Both the position numbers and the translations under genes were made by a program. A DNA stretch of 64,000 bases, taken from sequence record MK327933.1; one strand, 5' to 3'. Origin of the DNA: Escherichia phage vB_EcoM_G2285. Of this stretch, positions 56,287 through 64,000 are shown piece by piece; the first letter of the stretch is position 1, and every line of letters begins with the position of its first letter. The notes under the pieces are model-generated. The model was not told the origin of the DNA. It worked only from the letters and a program-made list of their open reading frames with translations, and ran no database searches.

Positions 56287-57276
56287 CTATTTATAGTAAG
56301 AATTATGATTTTCGAGATAGACTTGCTCAAGGAAGTCGTCCCAGAAACTCATATCTACTTTTTGTTGCATACCGTTCTTAGCGGCTTGTTCTGACGCATG
56401 TTCAACTTGGTCAACGATATCTTCTAGGAATTCTTGTACAGTTTTAAATGTATGTTTACCAAGCTTAACATCGAGAATAAATGGAGCATCCTGAAGTGGG
56501 TAAACCAGGTCGCCGGTTTTGTAAATTTCCAATAGTTGAAGTCCACCACGACATGCATGACTCAATGCTTTCCAGTCAATACCTTCGTTGGCTTCGGCCT
56601 TACGAGCACGTTCACCATAGTTCTCTTCCAGTTTAACCAGGATGGCATTGAACTCTTTATTGGTTAACGTGTCTTGGAATTTACGGTCTAACAGATTATA
56701 GAATGTTTGCTTACCTGTTTTCTCGTTTTCGGTTTCAACCCACGAAGCAAATTCACCTACAGGCAGAACATTCTTCATATGTGATAAACGAATTACTGCA
56801 CCATTATCAAAGTATTGTCCCCATTCATTAGAACGTTTAAGGGCTTGACGAAGAACAGCCAGTCGAGAACCCTTGACACCGTATTTAGAAGCTTGCTTAC
56901 GGACATACCCTAAATAAGATTTCATGTTAGTGGTATAGAAACGAGACCTGTTATCTTGAATATACTTCCATACATCAGGCAAATCAGATTTAACTACTAG
57001 ACTTGGTGGAGTGTGAAGCATATCTAATGCGACGGTTTCACCATCCGCAGCTAGTTTAAAGAAATATTTGAGACTATACAACTCATGGTCTACGTCGTCT
57101 TTTGTGTTCTTAGAAGATGTGTTATTCGTGTTCTTGCTCATGTGTTCTTTAACGTTACCGGTCAAGATATCACGAGCATGAGGGACATAAATTTCTTTAA
57201 AATCGACATCAGATTCAGGAGTAGACGTTCCATAAAGGTGGCTACCAAAGTAGCTTTTCATAATTGTTTTCATCAT
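56287..57276 (-). CDS. pol-beta-superfamily nucleotidyltransferase, function unknown
   Basis: 329 aa; FGSHLYGTSTPESDVDF = GS-x10-DxD minimal NTase signature. Confidence 0.55.
   Translation of the reverse strand: MMKTIMKSYFGSHLYGTSTPESDVDFKEIYVPHARDILTGNVKEHMSKNTNNTSSKNTKDDVDHELYSLKYFFKLAADGETVALDMLHTPPSLVVKSDLPDVWKYIQDNRSRFYTTNMKSYLGYVRKQASKYGVKGSRLAVLRQALKRSNEWGQYFDNGAVIRLSHMKNVLPVGEFASWVETENEKTGKQTFYNLLDRKFQDTLTNKEFNAILVKLEENYGERARKAEANEGIDWKALSHACRGGLQLLEIYKTGDLVYPLQDAPFILDVKLGKHTFKTVQEFLEDIVDQVEHASEQAAKNGMQQKVDMSFWDDFLEQVYLENHNSYYK
56288..56295 (-). promoter_or_regulatory. T4-type late promoter TATAAATA
   Basis: about 30 nt upstream of the secreted-protein ORF. Confidence 0.45.
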
Positions 57277-57746
57277 TTAGCCTTATATTCAAGAGTAAGA
57301 CAGACTTTTTCTTTACGAGCTTTAAGGTATTCACCTATTAATGATTTCTTACGTTCAATAGGCTCAAGTCCATTTTTAATTCGTTCTTGGTTTTGCGCAA
57401 TGAGCTCAATTTCTTTATAATATTTTCTGTCGTTATATTTGTCTAACAACCAAGACGGACCAATTACTAACCCGGTAGCAATAAAAGCCATGACTGCTAC
57501 AATTAAAATGCCTACACCAATTGAGGCTGGAACTAATGTCCATAGACTGCTAAAAACAAAGAATTTAGTTAAAATTTCCTGGCCAACGATTGTGACTGCT
57601 GCTAAAATCGCAAATCCAATAATTGAAACAGCCAATACCGGGATTAACGTTTTCCAAAAATAAGCACACAACGTTTTCGGACGATTCCATGTACTATTGA
57701 ACGCGGCATAAATTTTAAAGTGCCAAGAGTTTTCATTGATAATCAT
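57273..57746 (-). CDS. membrane protein
   Basis: 157 aa, multiple TM segments. Confidence 0.5.
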   Translation of the reverse strand: MIINENSWHFKIYAAFNSTWNRPKTLCAYFWKTLIPVLAVSIIGFAILAAVTIVGQEILTKFFVFSSLWTLVPASIGVGILIVAVMAFIATGLVIGPSWLLDKYNDRKYYKEIELIAQNQERIKNGLEPIERKKSLIGEYLKARKEKVCLTLEYKAK

Positions 57747-57755
57747 AATAATTCC

Positions 57756-58286
57756 TTATTTCAAAGTTGGGATAATAGAATCGAGATAAGCTTTAAGAGC
57801 AACTGCCTCATCTTTGTCTAATGTAATGATATGTTGACGAAGGTCATCAATTTGGCGAATAACTACGACATCACCATCTTCATAAGAAGGATTAACGCCT
57901 AGGACTGTTGTATAGTCAGGGCGGTCCTGATTTGTAATAAAAGCATTACGGCATTTAGCCCATTGAAGTTTGGCCTTTTTGGCTGTTTCAGATTCCATTA
58001 ATTCTTTCACCTTAGTGACGAATGTTTTCCAATTATTAATAGAAAAACATTCATCTTCGGTTTCGATATTAACCCCACTATAAAGTCCGTGATAAAAACG
58101 AACTTGAAGGTCTTCATCAATGTTAATTACAGATGCATGACCGGGTGGATTGAGTTTCAAAATCTTGTCTAGTTCCATAGGAAGAATAGTAGCAGCATCA
58201 TCTTCTTGTGTCAGAACATACACATAACCACGTTTTTCGATACATAAATCACCGAACAACTCGGTTGTTTCAATTACAGTTTTCAT
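57756..58286 (-). CDS. hypothetical protein
   Basis: start set at first ATG (track start is TTG). Confidence 0.5.
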   Translation of the reverse strand: MKTVIETTELFGDLCIEKRGYVYVLTQEDDAATILPMELDKILKLNPPGHASVINIDEDLQVRFYHGLYSGVNIETEDECFSINNWKTFVTKVKELMESETAKKAKLQWAKCRNAFITNQDRPDYTTVLGVNPSYEDGDVVVIRQIDDLRQHIITLDKDEAVALKAYLDSIIPTLK

Positions 58287-58287
58287 A

Positions 58288-58467
58288 TTATTCACCAATT
58301 AAAGTTTCAACAAAATTCACCAAAGCATTCTGGCACGCATCAACCTGATTTTCATAAAAGTCTCCGGTATCATTTACCGCATGGTAAGCTACATCATTCA
58401 AATCTGAATCGGCTTCACGTAAGTCACGGATAAGGTCCATCAATTTTTCAGCTTGTTCACGGGTCAT
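58288..58467 (-). CDS. 59 aa acidic protein, absent from ORF track
   Basis: hand translation MTREQAEKLMDLIRDLREADSDLNDVAYHAVNDTGDFYENQVDACQNALVNFVETLIGE. Confidence 0.35.
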   Translation of the reverse strand: MTREQAEKLMDLIRDLREADSDLNDVAYHAVNDTGDFYENQVDACQNALVNFVETLIGE

Positions 58468-58602
58468 TTTACCATACTCGCTTCAATAAGATTCATTACA
58501 CCATTTACCATGTTATAGGTAAACATCGGATAATTGTATTGTACTACAACATAAGCGATAAGCAAAAGTTTCATTTTGTTCTCCATTTGTTTTGGTAGGA
58601 CT

Positions 58603-58632
58603 ACTATAACATAATCCTACCAAGTTGTAAAC
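58603..58632 (-). promoter_or_regulatory. early-type promoter (-35 GTTTAC, -10 TATAGT in palindrome TTGGTAGGA..TCCTACCAA)
   Basis: minus GTTTAC-N18-TATAGT. Confidence 0.45.
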
Positions 58633-58865
58633 TACCGATTGTGTTTTAAATGTTGATAAAGTTCTTCAACTTGTTTAGGGTCCAAAACAATTAAGTCATT
58701 TTCTTGACGAAGATAAATCCATCCCTTATCCCCAGGGCCATTTTTACAAAACATCACCACCATATCATCATCTTCAGCGCTTTCAGGTAAAAGTTCAAGT
58801 ACACCGTCTTCAGATTTTCCAGTATAATCGTAAAGCATAATATCCTCACATAATCTCGTTAACAT
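58632..58865 (-). CDS. hypothetical small protein
   Basis: 77 aa ORF. Confidence 0.45.
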   Translation of the reverse strand: MLTRLCEDIMLYDYTGKSEDGVLELLPESAEDDDMVVMFCKNGPGDKGWIYLRQENDLIVLDPKQVEELYQHLKHNR

Positions 58866-59025
58866 ACATTTGCAATTCGGTGTGGGCTTCGGCCATCTTT
58901 TTCATAGCTCTGTTAATGTCGATGTCTCCATCTTCGCAACCATGAGCATTTTCCCAATCAGATACCGCATTAGCGTACTCTTCAATCAAAAACATCAACT
59001 TAGAAATTTTTTCTTTACGTGACAT
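58846..59025 (-). CDS. hypothetical small protein
   Basis: start set at ATG after SD AGAGGAGAA. Confidence 0.4.
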   Translation of the reverse strand: MSRKEKISKLMFLIEEYANAVSDWENAHGCEDGDIDINRAMKKMAEAHTELQMYVNEIM

Positions 59026-59052
59026 AACGTTCTCCTCTAGTAAGTAAGGTTT

Positions 59053-59081
59053 ACTATAACACAACCTGAGGAGAAGTAAAC
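59053..59081 (-). promoter_or_regulatory. early-type promoter (-35 GTTTAC, 17 bp, -10 TATAGT)
   Basis: minus GTTTAC-N17-TATAGT then ..CTAGAGGAGAACGTTATG. Confidence 0.45.
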
Positions 59082-59126
59082 TGCTAAATGCAAAAAAGCC
59101 CCAACCGTAAGGAAGGGGCTAGTAAA

Positions 59127-59429
59127 TTAGATAGATGTAGGCTCTAATTTTATTTTCATGAACTCGGCAAATTGTCTGGCAGTTTTTATGCCTTGTTCAT
59201 GACATTCAAATGCATCATCACAGGGGCTATTTTTGTAATGCTTTGCCATATACTTATAGAATTTTTCAGAATTCTCGACATTTTGAATTTCAAACAAAGT
59301 ATATACGTTTTTAATCCCTGATTCCATAAAGTTATCAAAATATGGGTCGATATATGCAGTACCAACGATAGGAGTTGTTGCTGCAAAAAACCCCAGCATC
59401 GCCATGACAGCTATCGCTCTTAAGGCCAT
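59127..59429 (-). CDS. rI: lysis inhibition regulator RI
   Basis: 100 aa; MALRAIAVMAMLG.. signal-anchor, DPYFDNFMESGIKNVYTLFE.., KNSPCDDAFEC match recalled T4 RI. Confidence 0.85.
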   Translation of the reverse strand: MALRAIAVMAMLGFFAATTPIVGTAYIDPYFDNFMESGIKNVYTLFEIQNVENSEKFYKYMAKHYKNSPCDDAFECHEQGIKTARQFAEFMKIKLEPTSI

Positions 59430-59441
59430 ATAGGCCTCCTG

Positions 59442-59675
59442 TTAATTTTGGCCAGTATTTATTTTTCGCCTTTGGACGGCCTTAACATCTGTGAGGTATT
59501 TTTCCAGCTTGCGCTTGCGTGTATAATCAGCTTTAGAACCAGTTTGACGGATATCCTCGTTTAAATGAGAAATAGAATGTCCTAATTCTCTTCGGATTTC
59601 ATCTAATTGGGTTACAGTAAGATTACGAAGTTGTCTTTCGTTTAATTGCTGCATATATACCTCTTGGTTAGACAT
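59442..59675 (-). CDS. hypothetical small protein
   Basis: 77 aa ORF. Confidence 0.45.
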   Translation of the reverse strand: MSNQEVYMQQLNERQLRNLTVTQLDEIRRELGHSISHLNEDIRQTGSKADYTRKRKLEKYLTDVKAVQRRKINTGQN

Positions 59676-59681
59676 TAGTAT

Positions 59682-60263
59682 TTATAACAACCCTGTCAAA
59701 TCATTCCAATGCTTCCGGCATAATGACACATATCTATCAGTATCACCAATTTCAATTTGACTGCCATCTGTAATTGGAAGTCCGTCTTCCGTGACTCTAG
59801 CTACCATTGTGGCCTTTTTACCGCAATGACAGACACCTTTAAGTTCAACAAGCTTATCGGCAATAGCCATTAATGCTTGAGAACCTTCAAATAGATTACC
59901 TTTAAAATCTGTTCGTAGTCCATATGCCATTACCGGCACATTGTATACGTCAACAATACGACTAAGTTGATACACCTTTTCAGTAGTTAAGAACTGAGCT
60001 TCGTCAACAAATACGCAGTGAATATCCTTTTGTGCTGCAGCCCATTTATAAAATTCAAAGATATCCATGTCTTTTGTAATTATATTGGCGTCCTGACGAA
60101 TACCAATACGAGAGACTATTTCACCTTTTGAATCGCGAGTATCAATAGCCGGTTTAAGAACTAATACACCCATGCCACGTTCTTTATAGTTATGTGCGGC
60201 AGTAAGTAATGAAGCAGACTTACCAGCGTTCATAGCGGCATAGGTAAAAATTAAACTAGCCAT
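59682..60263 (-). CDS. tk: thymidine kinase
   Basis: 193 aa; Walker A AAMNAGKS, VDEAQF, C-terminal zinc ribbon CHCG..C. Confidence 0.92.
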   Translation of the reverse strand: MASLIFTYAAMNAGKSASLLTAAHNYKERGMGVLVLKPAIDTRDSKGEIVSRIGIRQDANIITKDMDIFEFYKWAAAQKDIHCVFVDEAQFLTTEKVYQLSRIVDVYNVPVMAYGLRTDFKGNLFEGSQALMAIADKLVELKGVCHCGKKATMVARVTEDGLPITDGSQIEIGDTDRYVSLCRKHWNDLTGLL

Positions 60264-60272
60264 AAGAGTCCC

Positions 60273-60455
60273 TTATAGTGAATTCACGTAGTCAATGAGT
60301 TCTTGTTCTTTCCTGTCAAATGATTCCAACAATGCTTGATATTCTTCGACCGTCAAAGGAGCATATTCATCATACGCATTGGTGGCTGCTTGTTCATCTA
60401 ATAGGTCATGGATAAGTTCGAACAGTTTAGCTTTCTCTTCTTTAGTTAATTTCAT
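60273..60455 (-). CDS. hypothetical small protein
   Basis: 60 aa acidic ORF. Confidence 0.4.
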   Translation of the reverse strand: MKLTKEEKAKLFELIHDLLDEQAATNAYDEYAPLTVEEYQALLESFDRKEQELIDYVNSL

Positions 60456-60946
60456 TTAGGTTCCCAATCAACAATCACAATTTCTAGTTTAGTGGAATAC
60501 GTATCTAAAATCTCTTCGATGACATCCCAGTTTCCACCACCAATACCTGCACCAATTCTTGGCATATAAATTACAGGCTTTGTTATCTTATTCTTTCCGA
60601 ATTCATTTAATTCTATTATACAATTCATTAAAGCATAGTACTCAAAATTAGGTCCCGGCTCAAACTGCGTATAAAGATTAAAGCAATAAGCTTTATGGGT
60701 CTTAAAATATTTTTCATAAACCGAATAAGTCCCGAGTTTAGACTCGTCTCCGAATTCGGTTTGAAGTTTATCGGCTTCTAAAATTTTTGGATAAGCCTTT
60801 GCTAATTGACCTGCCACACCGGCGCCCATTGTATGAAAACAATTACACCCATGAGCTATATTATTACCTTTAGAAAACAGGGCGACAATATCGCCCTTGA
60901 TATAGTTTTTAATCACTTGCTGCAAGTCCTCTAGTATAAGAGTCAA
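60452..60946 (-). CDS. macro-like / Rossmann-type nucleotide-processing domain protein
   Basis: 164 aa; HGCNCFHTMGAGVAGQLAKA and PRIGAGIGGG glycine-rich loops resembling macro (or LOG/SLOG) domains. Confidence 0.45.
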   Translation of the reverse strand: MTLILEDLQQVIKNYIKGDIVALFSKGNNIAHGCNCFHTMGAGVAGQLAKAYPKILEADKLQTEFGDESKLGTYSVYEKYFKTHKAYCFNLYTQFEPGPNFEYYALMNCIIELNEFGKNKITKPVIYMPRIGAGIGGGNWDVIEEILDTYSTKLEIVIVDWEPK

Positions 60947-61256
60947 CTAGACGGTCCACCATAGAATTGCATGCTGCCTTATCTTTAGGTTCCGCCACCG
61001 AGCATTCTAATATTTGCCATTTTTTATAGTATCTTTTAATTAAGGTAGACGCCTTGAACCTACTAGACGCCCCATCTTTTTCTCCGTCTTTATACGCATA
61101 TAACAATTTTTGTGAAAAATCTACTTTACACTCTTGACTTTTACCGCAATAATCAGACGCTGTTCTGTTTGTATACTCCGTTACATCGGTATATGTAGTA
61201 TTAGCAAGAGCATTAAATGAAACCAAGCCAACTATTAAAGCCAACATTTTGGTCAT
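60909..61256 (-). CDS. secreted protein (vs position)
   Basis: 115 aa with signal peptide. Confidence 0.45.
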   Translation of the reverse strand: MTKMLALIVGLVSFNALANTTYTDVTEYTNRTASDYCGKSQECKVDFSQKLLYAYKDGEKDGASSRFKASTLIKRYYKKWQILECSVAEPKDKAACNSMVDRLVDSYTRGLAASD

Positions 61257-61795
61257 TCTTTTATTTCCAGTAGTTTATTTGATTTAAGGTAATTAGCCTT
61301 TTCTAGGACTTCAGAAGCATATTTACTTCCAGCACTTGTCTTCCATCCCGCATTATATGAGGATATAGCTTTTCTTATATCCCCGTTATGTATATTTAAC
61401 CAATAAGAAAATTCGATATAAGCCCATCTGGCTGAATTAGACCGCTTAGATAGCATTTTCTTAATTTGGGCATCAGTCATATTATAACCAAGCTGGTTAA
61501 TTCTTGCCCTCATTGTTGGTAGATAATTTTGGAACATTCCATACGCATGGTGACCTTTCTTATCTTTAAGATTAATACCGGCAGATGATTCCTGCCATAG
61601 TATTGCGGCCATTATGTATCCAAGTCCTTTCTTATGCATATTTTCATGCGTTTTAAATTTTCCATCCTTAGAAAACTGTTCCCCAAACTGATAAGCATAA
61701 TTCAAGTTATCGAGTTGGACATTACTAAAAGTATGCTCGGAGCTATGTGCTGATAACGAAAGAGCAAATAGACCAGCGAGTAGTGCTTTTCTCAT
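61253..61795 (-). CDS. lytic transglycosylase-like protein
   Basis: 180 aa; signal peptide; ILWQESSAG ... YGMFQ SLT-type catalytic Glu-Ser and GxMQ motifs. Confidence 0.6.
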   Translation of the reverse strand: MRKALLAGLFALSLSAHSSEHTFSNVQLDNLNYAYQFGEQFSKDGKFKTHENMHKKGLGYIMAAILWQESSAGINLKDKKGHHAYGMFQNYLPTMRARINQLGYNMTDAQIKKMLSKRSNSARWAYIEFSYWLNIHNGDIRKAISSYNAGWKTSAGSKYASEVLEKANYLKSNKLLEIKE

Positions 61796-61803
61796 GTTTA
61801 CCT

Positions 61804-62262
61804 CTAGATTTTAATCACTGCTTTAGAAGCTTTTCCTGGTAGTCGTTTACTGTTAATAATAGCCATTCTACATTGAAGAGTCTTCATTTTGAATGCTGGA
61901 TTTTCGCGACAAACTGTAAGTCCTAACCAAAGATTTCCATCAGTTATTTCTAAACGGCCCGGGCGATATTCGACACCTTCGACAAAATCTTCATCAACAT
62001 CTGGACGTGCCGGCATTGATAAAAATTCTGCAACTTCTTTAACATGATTTTTTACTTTATGAAATAATTCAAAAACGTAATTCTCATCTATTTCTCTCTG
62101 GATGGCACGATCTAAGAGATGTTGAGAATACTTGATATGAAAGCCTGGTAGTCCAAGAGACTTTGCAGCATCTTTTATACCGGCATTTATTTTGCGGAAC
62201 TCCGTTTCAAAGATTCGACGGAGTTTATTACGGCGGATAAAAACGTCTGAATTGATAGTCAT
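61804..62262 (-). CDS. regB: RegB site-specific endoribonuclease
   Basis: MTINSDVFIRRNKLRR..YSQHLLDRAIQREIDE..GVEYRPGRLEITDGNLWLG matches recalled T4 RegB. Confidence 0.92.
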   Translation of the reverse strand: MTINSDVFIRRNKLRRIFETEFRKINAGIKDAAKSLGLPGFHIKYSQHLLDRAIQREIDENYVFELFHKVKNHVKEVAEFLSMPARPDVDEDFVEGVEYRPGRLEITDGNLWLGLTVCRENPAFKMKTLQCRMAIINSKRLPGKASKAVIKI

Positions 62263-62290
62263 TTTGATTTCTCCTCTAGTTGACAGGTCT

Positions 62291-62319
62291 ATAGTAACAC
62301 AACTAGAGGAGAAGTAAAC
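62291..62319 (-). promoter_or_regulatory. early-type promoter embedded in 12-bp-arm palindrome (arms 62271-62282 / 62300-62311)
   Basis: minus GTTTAC-N17-TACTAT; downstream arm CAACTAGAGGAG contains the SD. Confidence 0.55.
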
Positions 62320-62323
62320 TACT

Positions 62324-62581
62324 TTATTGATAAAATGGAGTTAAAGCCCAAGATTCTTTAGATACCATATTGGCGAAATGCCTCATCTCTTCGATTTGGC
62401 GACGACGCTGGTCAGCATAGTCTTCTTCGCCTTCTTCCTTACAATCTTCAAGGTCTTCTTCAAGATACTTTAAGTATTCACTACAAATTTTGTTGACCTT
62501 TTCTTGAAAGTCCAATAACCCAGTAATAGTAGAAGCCATTAGTATTTTTCCTCGGGTCGAAATACCGCACGACATGCCCAC
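62324..62581 (-). CDS. hypothetical small protein
   Basis: 85 aa ORF. Confidence 0.4.
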   Translation of the reverse strand: MGMSCGISTRGKILMASTITGLLDFQEKVNKICSEYLKYLEEDLEDCKEEGEEDYADQRRRQIEEMRHFANMVSKESWALTPFYQ

Positions 62582-62973
62582 ATGCTGGCTTCTTTTAGAT
62601 GTTGCTTAGCATACTTAAGAGCCTGCACTGCATCCATATCTTCTTTGGTTTGTTGCTCTGTTTCATTTTCTTTCAAGATATATGCTTCTTCAATCAGAGC
62701 ATCAAACAACAATCCAAGACGGACTTCAGCATCTTTAATAGCGTTCACTTTACCGATTTTATCATCGGTATGCGGCTTGTAGCCTTTGATGTCTTCAATC
62801 GACATAAGGAATTTCCTCATCTGTGGCAAGGTCATATTCGACCAATTGGATAGGCTCATTAATACCATATCCACGTACAGTGATATCAGTTGTCGGATAG
62901 TTTCCAGTAATATCACCCGTTCTAAATGCTTCAATGAATGATTGCTCGCCTGAGCAACTAAACCAGGCGGCAA
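62539..62973 (-). CDS. hypothetical protein (true start probably internal)
   Basis: 144 aa track ORF overlaps neighbours at both ends. Confidence 0.35.
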   Translation of the reverse strand: MPPGLVAQASNHSLKHLERVILLETIRQLISLYVDMVLMSLSNWSNMTLPQMRKFLMSIEDIKGYKPHTDDKIGKVNAIKDAEVRLGLLFDALIEEAYILKENETEQQTKEDMDAVQALKYAKQHLKEASMWACRAVFRPEEKY

Positions 62974-63019
62974 AACATTTTAAAACATCTTCAGACCCTT
63001 CTATAATCAATTTAGCCAT
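62795..63019 (-). CDS. hypothetical small protein
   Basis: 74 aa ORF. Confidence 0.4.
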   Translation of the reverse strand: MAKLIIEGSEDVLKCFAAWFSCSGEQSFIEAFRTGDITGNYPTTDITVRGYGINEPIQLVEYDLATDEEIPYVD

Positions 63020-63381
63020 TATAGACTTTCAGTAAAGGTACGAGCGATAACGTCGCGCTGCTGTTCCGGAGTCAGAGAGTTAAAGCGAACTGCATAACCA
63101 GATACACGGATGGTCAGCTGCGGATATTTTTCCGGATGCTTAACTGCATCTTCCAGAGTTTCACGACGCAGAACGTTAACGTTCAGATGTTGACCACCTT
63201 CAATTTTAACTTTAGGTTGATGTTCAATTTCAATTTCACGGGCATTCAAACCGTAGAAAATTTCCGGGTCTACAATAGCGTCTTCTTTAAAAGTCTTAGA
63301 GACAATAATCCGGGCTTGAGTACCGTCTTCAAAATAAATAGTGCCTTTATGTGCACCTTCAAGAATTTGATATGCTTTCAT
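63019..63381 (-). CDS. GrcA/YfiD-like autonomous glycyl radical cofactor
   Basis: 120 aa; C-terminal [60 protein letters not shown] with RVSGY glycyl-radical motif. Confidence 0.7.
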   Translation of the reverse strand: MKAYQILEGAHKGTIYFEDGTQARIIVSKTFKEDAIVDPEIFYGLNAREIEIEHQPKVKIEGGQHLNVNVLRRETLEDAVKHPEKYPQLTIRVSGYAVRFNSLTPEQQRDVIARTFTESL

Positions 63382-63387
63382 ATAACC

Positions 63388-63696
63388 TCAATTAGAAAAT
63401 AAATTTATCCAAGTTTTTTCTTTAATCAAAAATGGGTCGGAATTAAACGCCATTAAACTTTGAGTGATTAATCCCTTAAATGGCCCATCAATAAATTCCA
63501 TTTTGAAATGCGGAATACTAGTCATCAACCGTGCATTAGGAGCAGTACAAAGAACCTGCTGCCCTGCGAACGGACCTTTAGTCAAACGATATCGTTTAGG
63601 TTTAAAATGGTAAATCTCATAATTTTCTACAAGAGCCCTTTTATTGCATACTGGGCTGTTATAACAATACTCAAAAACTTCAATAGTGGTCATCAT
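63388..63696 (-). CDS. hypothetical protein
   Basis: start set at ATG overlapping upstream stop. Confidence 0.4.
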   Translation of the reverse strand: MMTTIEVFEYCYNSPVCNKRALVENYEIYHFKPKRYRLTKGPFAGQQVLCTAPNARLMTSIPHFKMEFIDGPFKGLITQSLMAFNSDPFLIKEKTWINLFSN

Positions 63697-64000
63697 TGCA
63701 TTCCAATCACAAAAAATTGAGGACGAGCAATACCGCCGATGCAATATTTGCTTTTGCAGCAGTGCTGTACTGATTTAATATGGACATTGTAAATCTTATC
63801 CATATCAGGAGCTTTAATAGGCTCGTCAATTATATACAGAATACGAGAAAGCGTTAATCCACGGAATTTAGAACCTTCATTGCCAATAAAACTACGAACA
63901 GAATCAGTAAATAAACGGAATCGAATATCATCGCTAGAATAACGAGAAAATTCTTTTTTAATGTTGCCAACAGAAATTTTAGCATAAGCTGAAGTATTAG
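63693..64000 (-). CDS. hypothetical protein, partial (N-terminus beyond window end)
   Basis: open frame running to the window edge, ending ..FFVIGMQ at TGA 63693-63695. Confidence 0.4.
   Translation of the reverse strand, partial: NTSAYAKISVGNIKKEFSRYSSDDIRFRLFTDSVRSFIGNEGSKFRGLTLSRILYIIDEPIKAPDMDKIYNVHIKSVQHCCKSKYCIGGIARPQFFVIGMQ

Noticed and set aside
1-64000. CRISPR arrays and tRNA genes
   Set aside because: No regularly spaced direct repeats and no cloverleaf-like GC-rich segments were noticed; the only repeated short elements are the promoter modules and terminator hairpins.

Overview
This window is a T4-like (T-even, RB69-like) phage early/middle gene region: rIIA, topoisomerase gp39, dexA, dda, soc, gp56, primase gp61, sp, dmd, helicase gp41, uvsX, DNA polymerase gp43, regA, clamp loader 62/44, clamp 45, gp46/47, gp55, nrdH/G/D, endo VII, nrdC, rI, tk and regB, almost all on the minus strand. 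Three things stand out. (1) The slot where T4 carries beta-glucosyltransferase (uvsX to gene 43) holds a sugar-nucleotide biosynthesis island (SIS sugar-phosphate isomerase, HAD phosphatase, nucleotidyltransferase-kinase fusion, a Cys-rich enzyme, a P-loop kinase and a divergent thymidylate-synthase-family hydroxymethylase), there is a GT4-like glycosyltransferase beside rIIA, and no alpha-glucosyltransferase between gp47 and gp55; together this points to a non-glucose (probably pentose/arabinose-type) DNA hypermodification system. (2) Gene 43 is split into two cistrons by a GIY-YIG homing endonuclease, and the downstream cistron carries a compact ORF-less group I intron; nrdD carries a second group I intron with an I-TevII-like endonuclease. 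(3) Accessory genes include an Arr-like ADP-ribosyltransferase-fold protein next to dmd, a macro-like protein, a pol-beta-type nucleotidyltransferase and a GrcA-like glycyl-radical protein. All protein identifications are from reading the translations and recalled family motifs; no database search was run.
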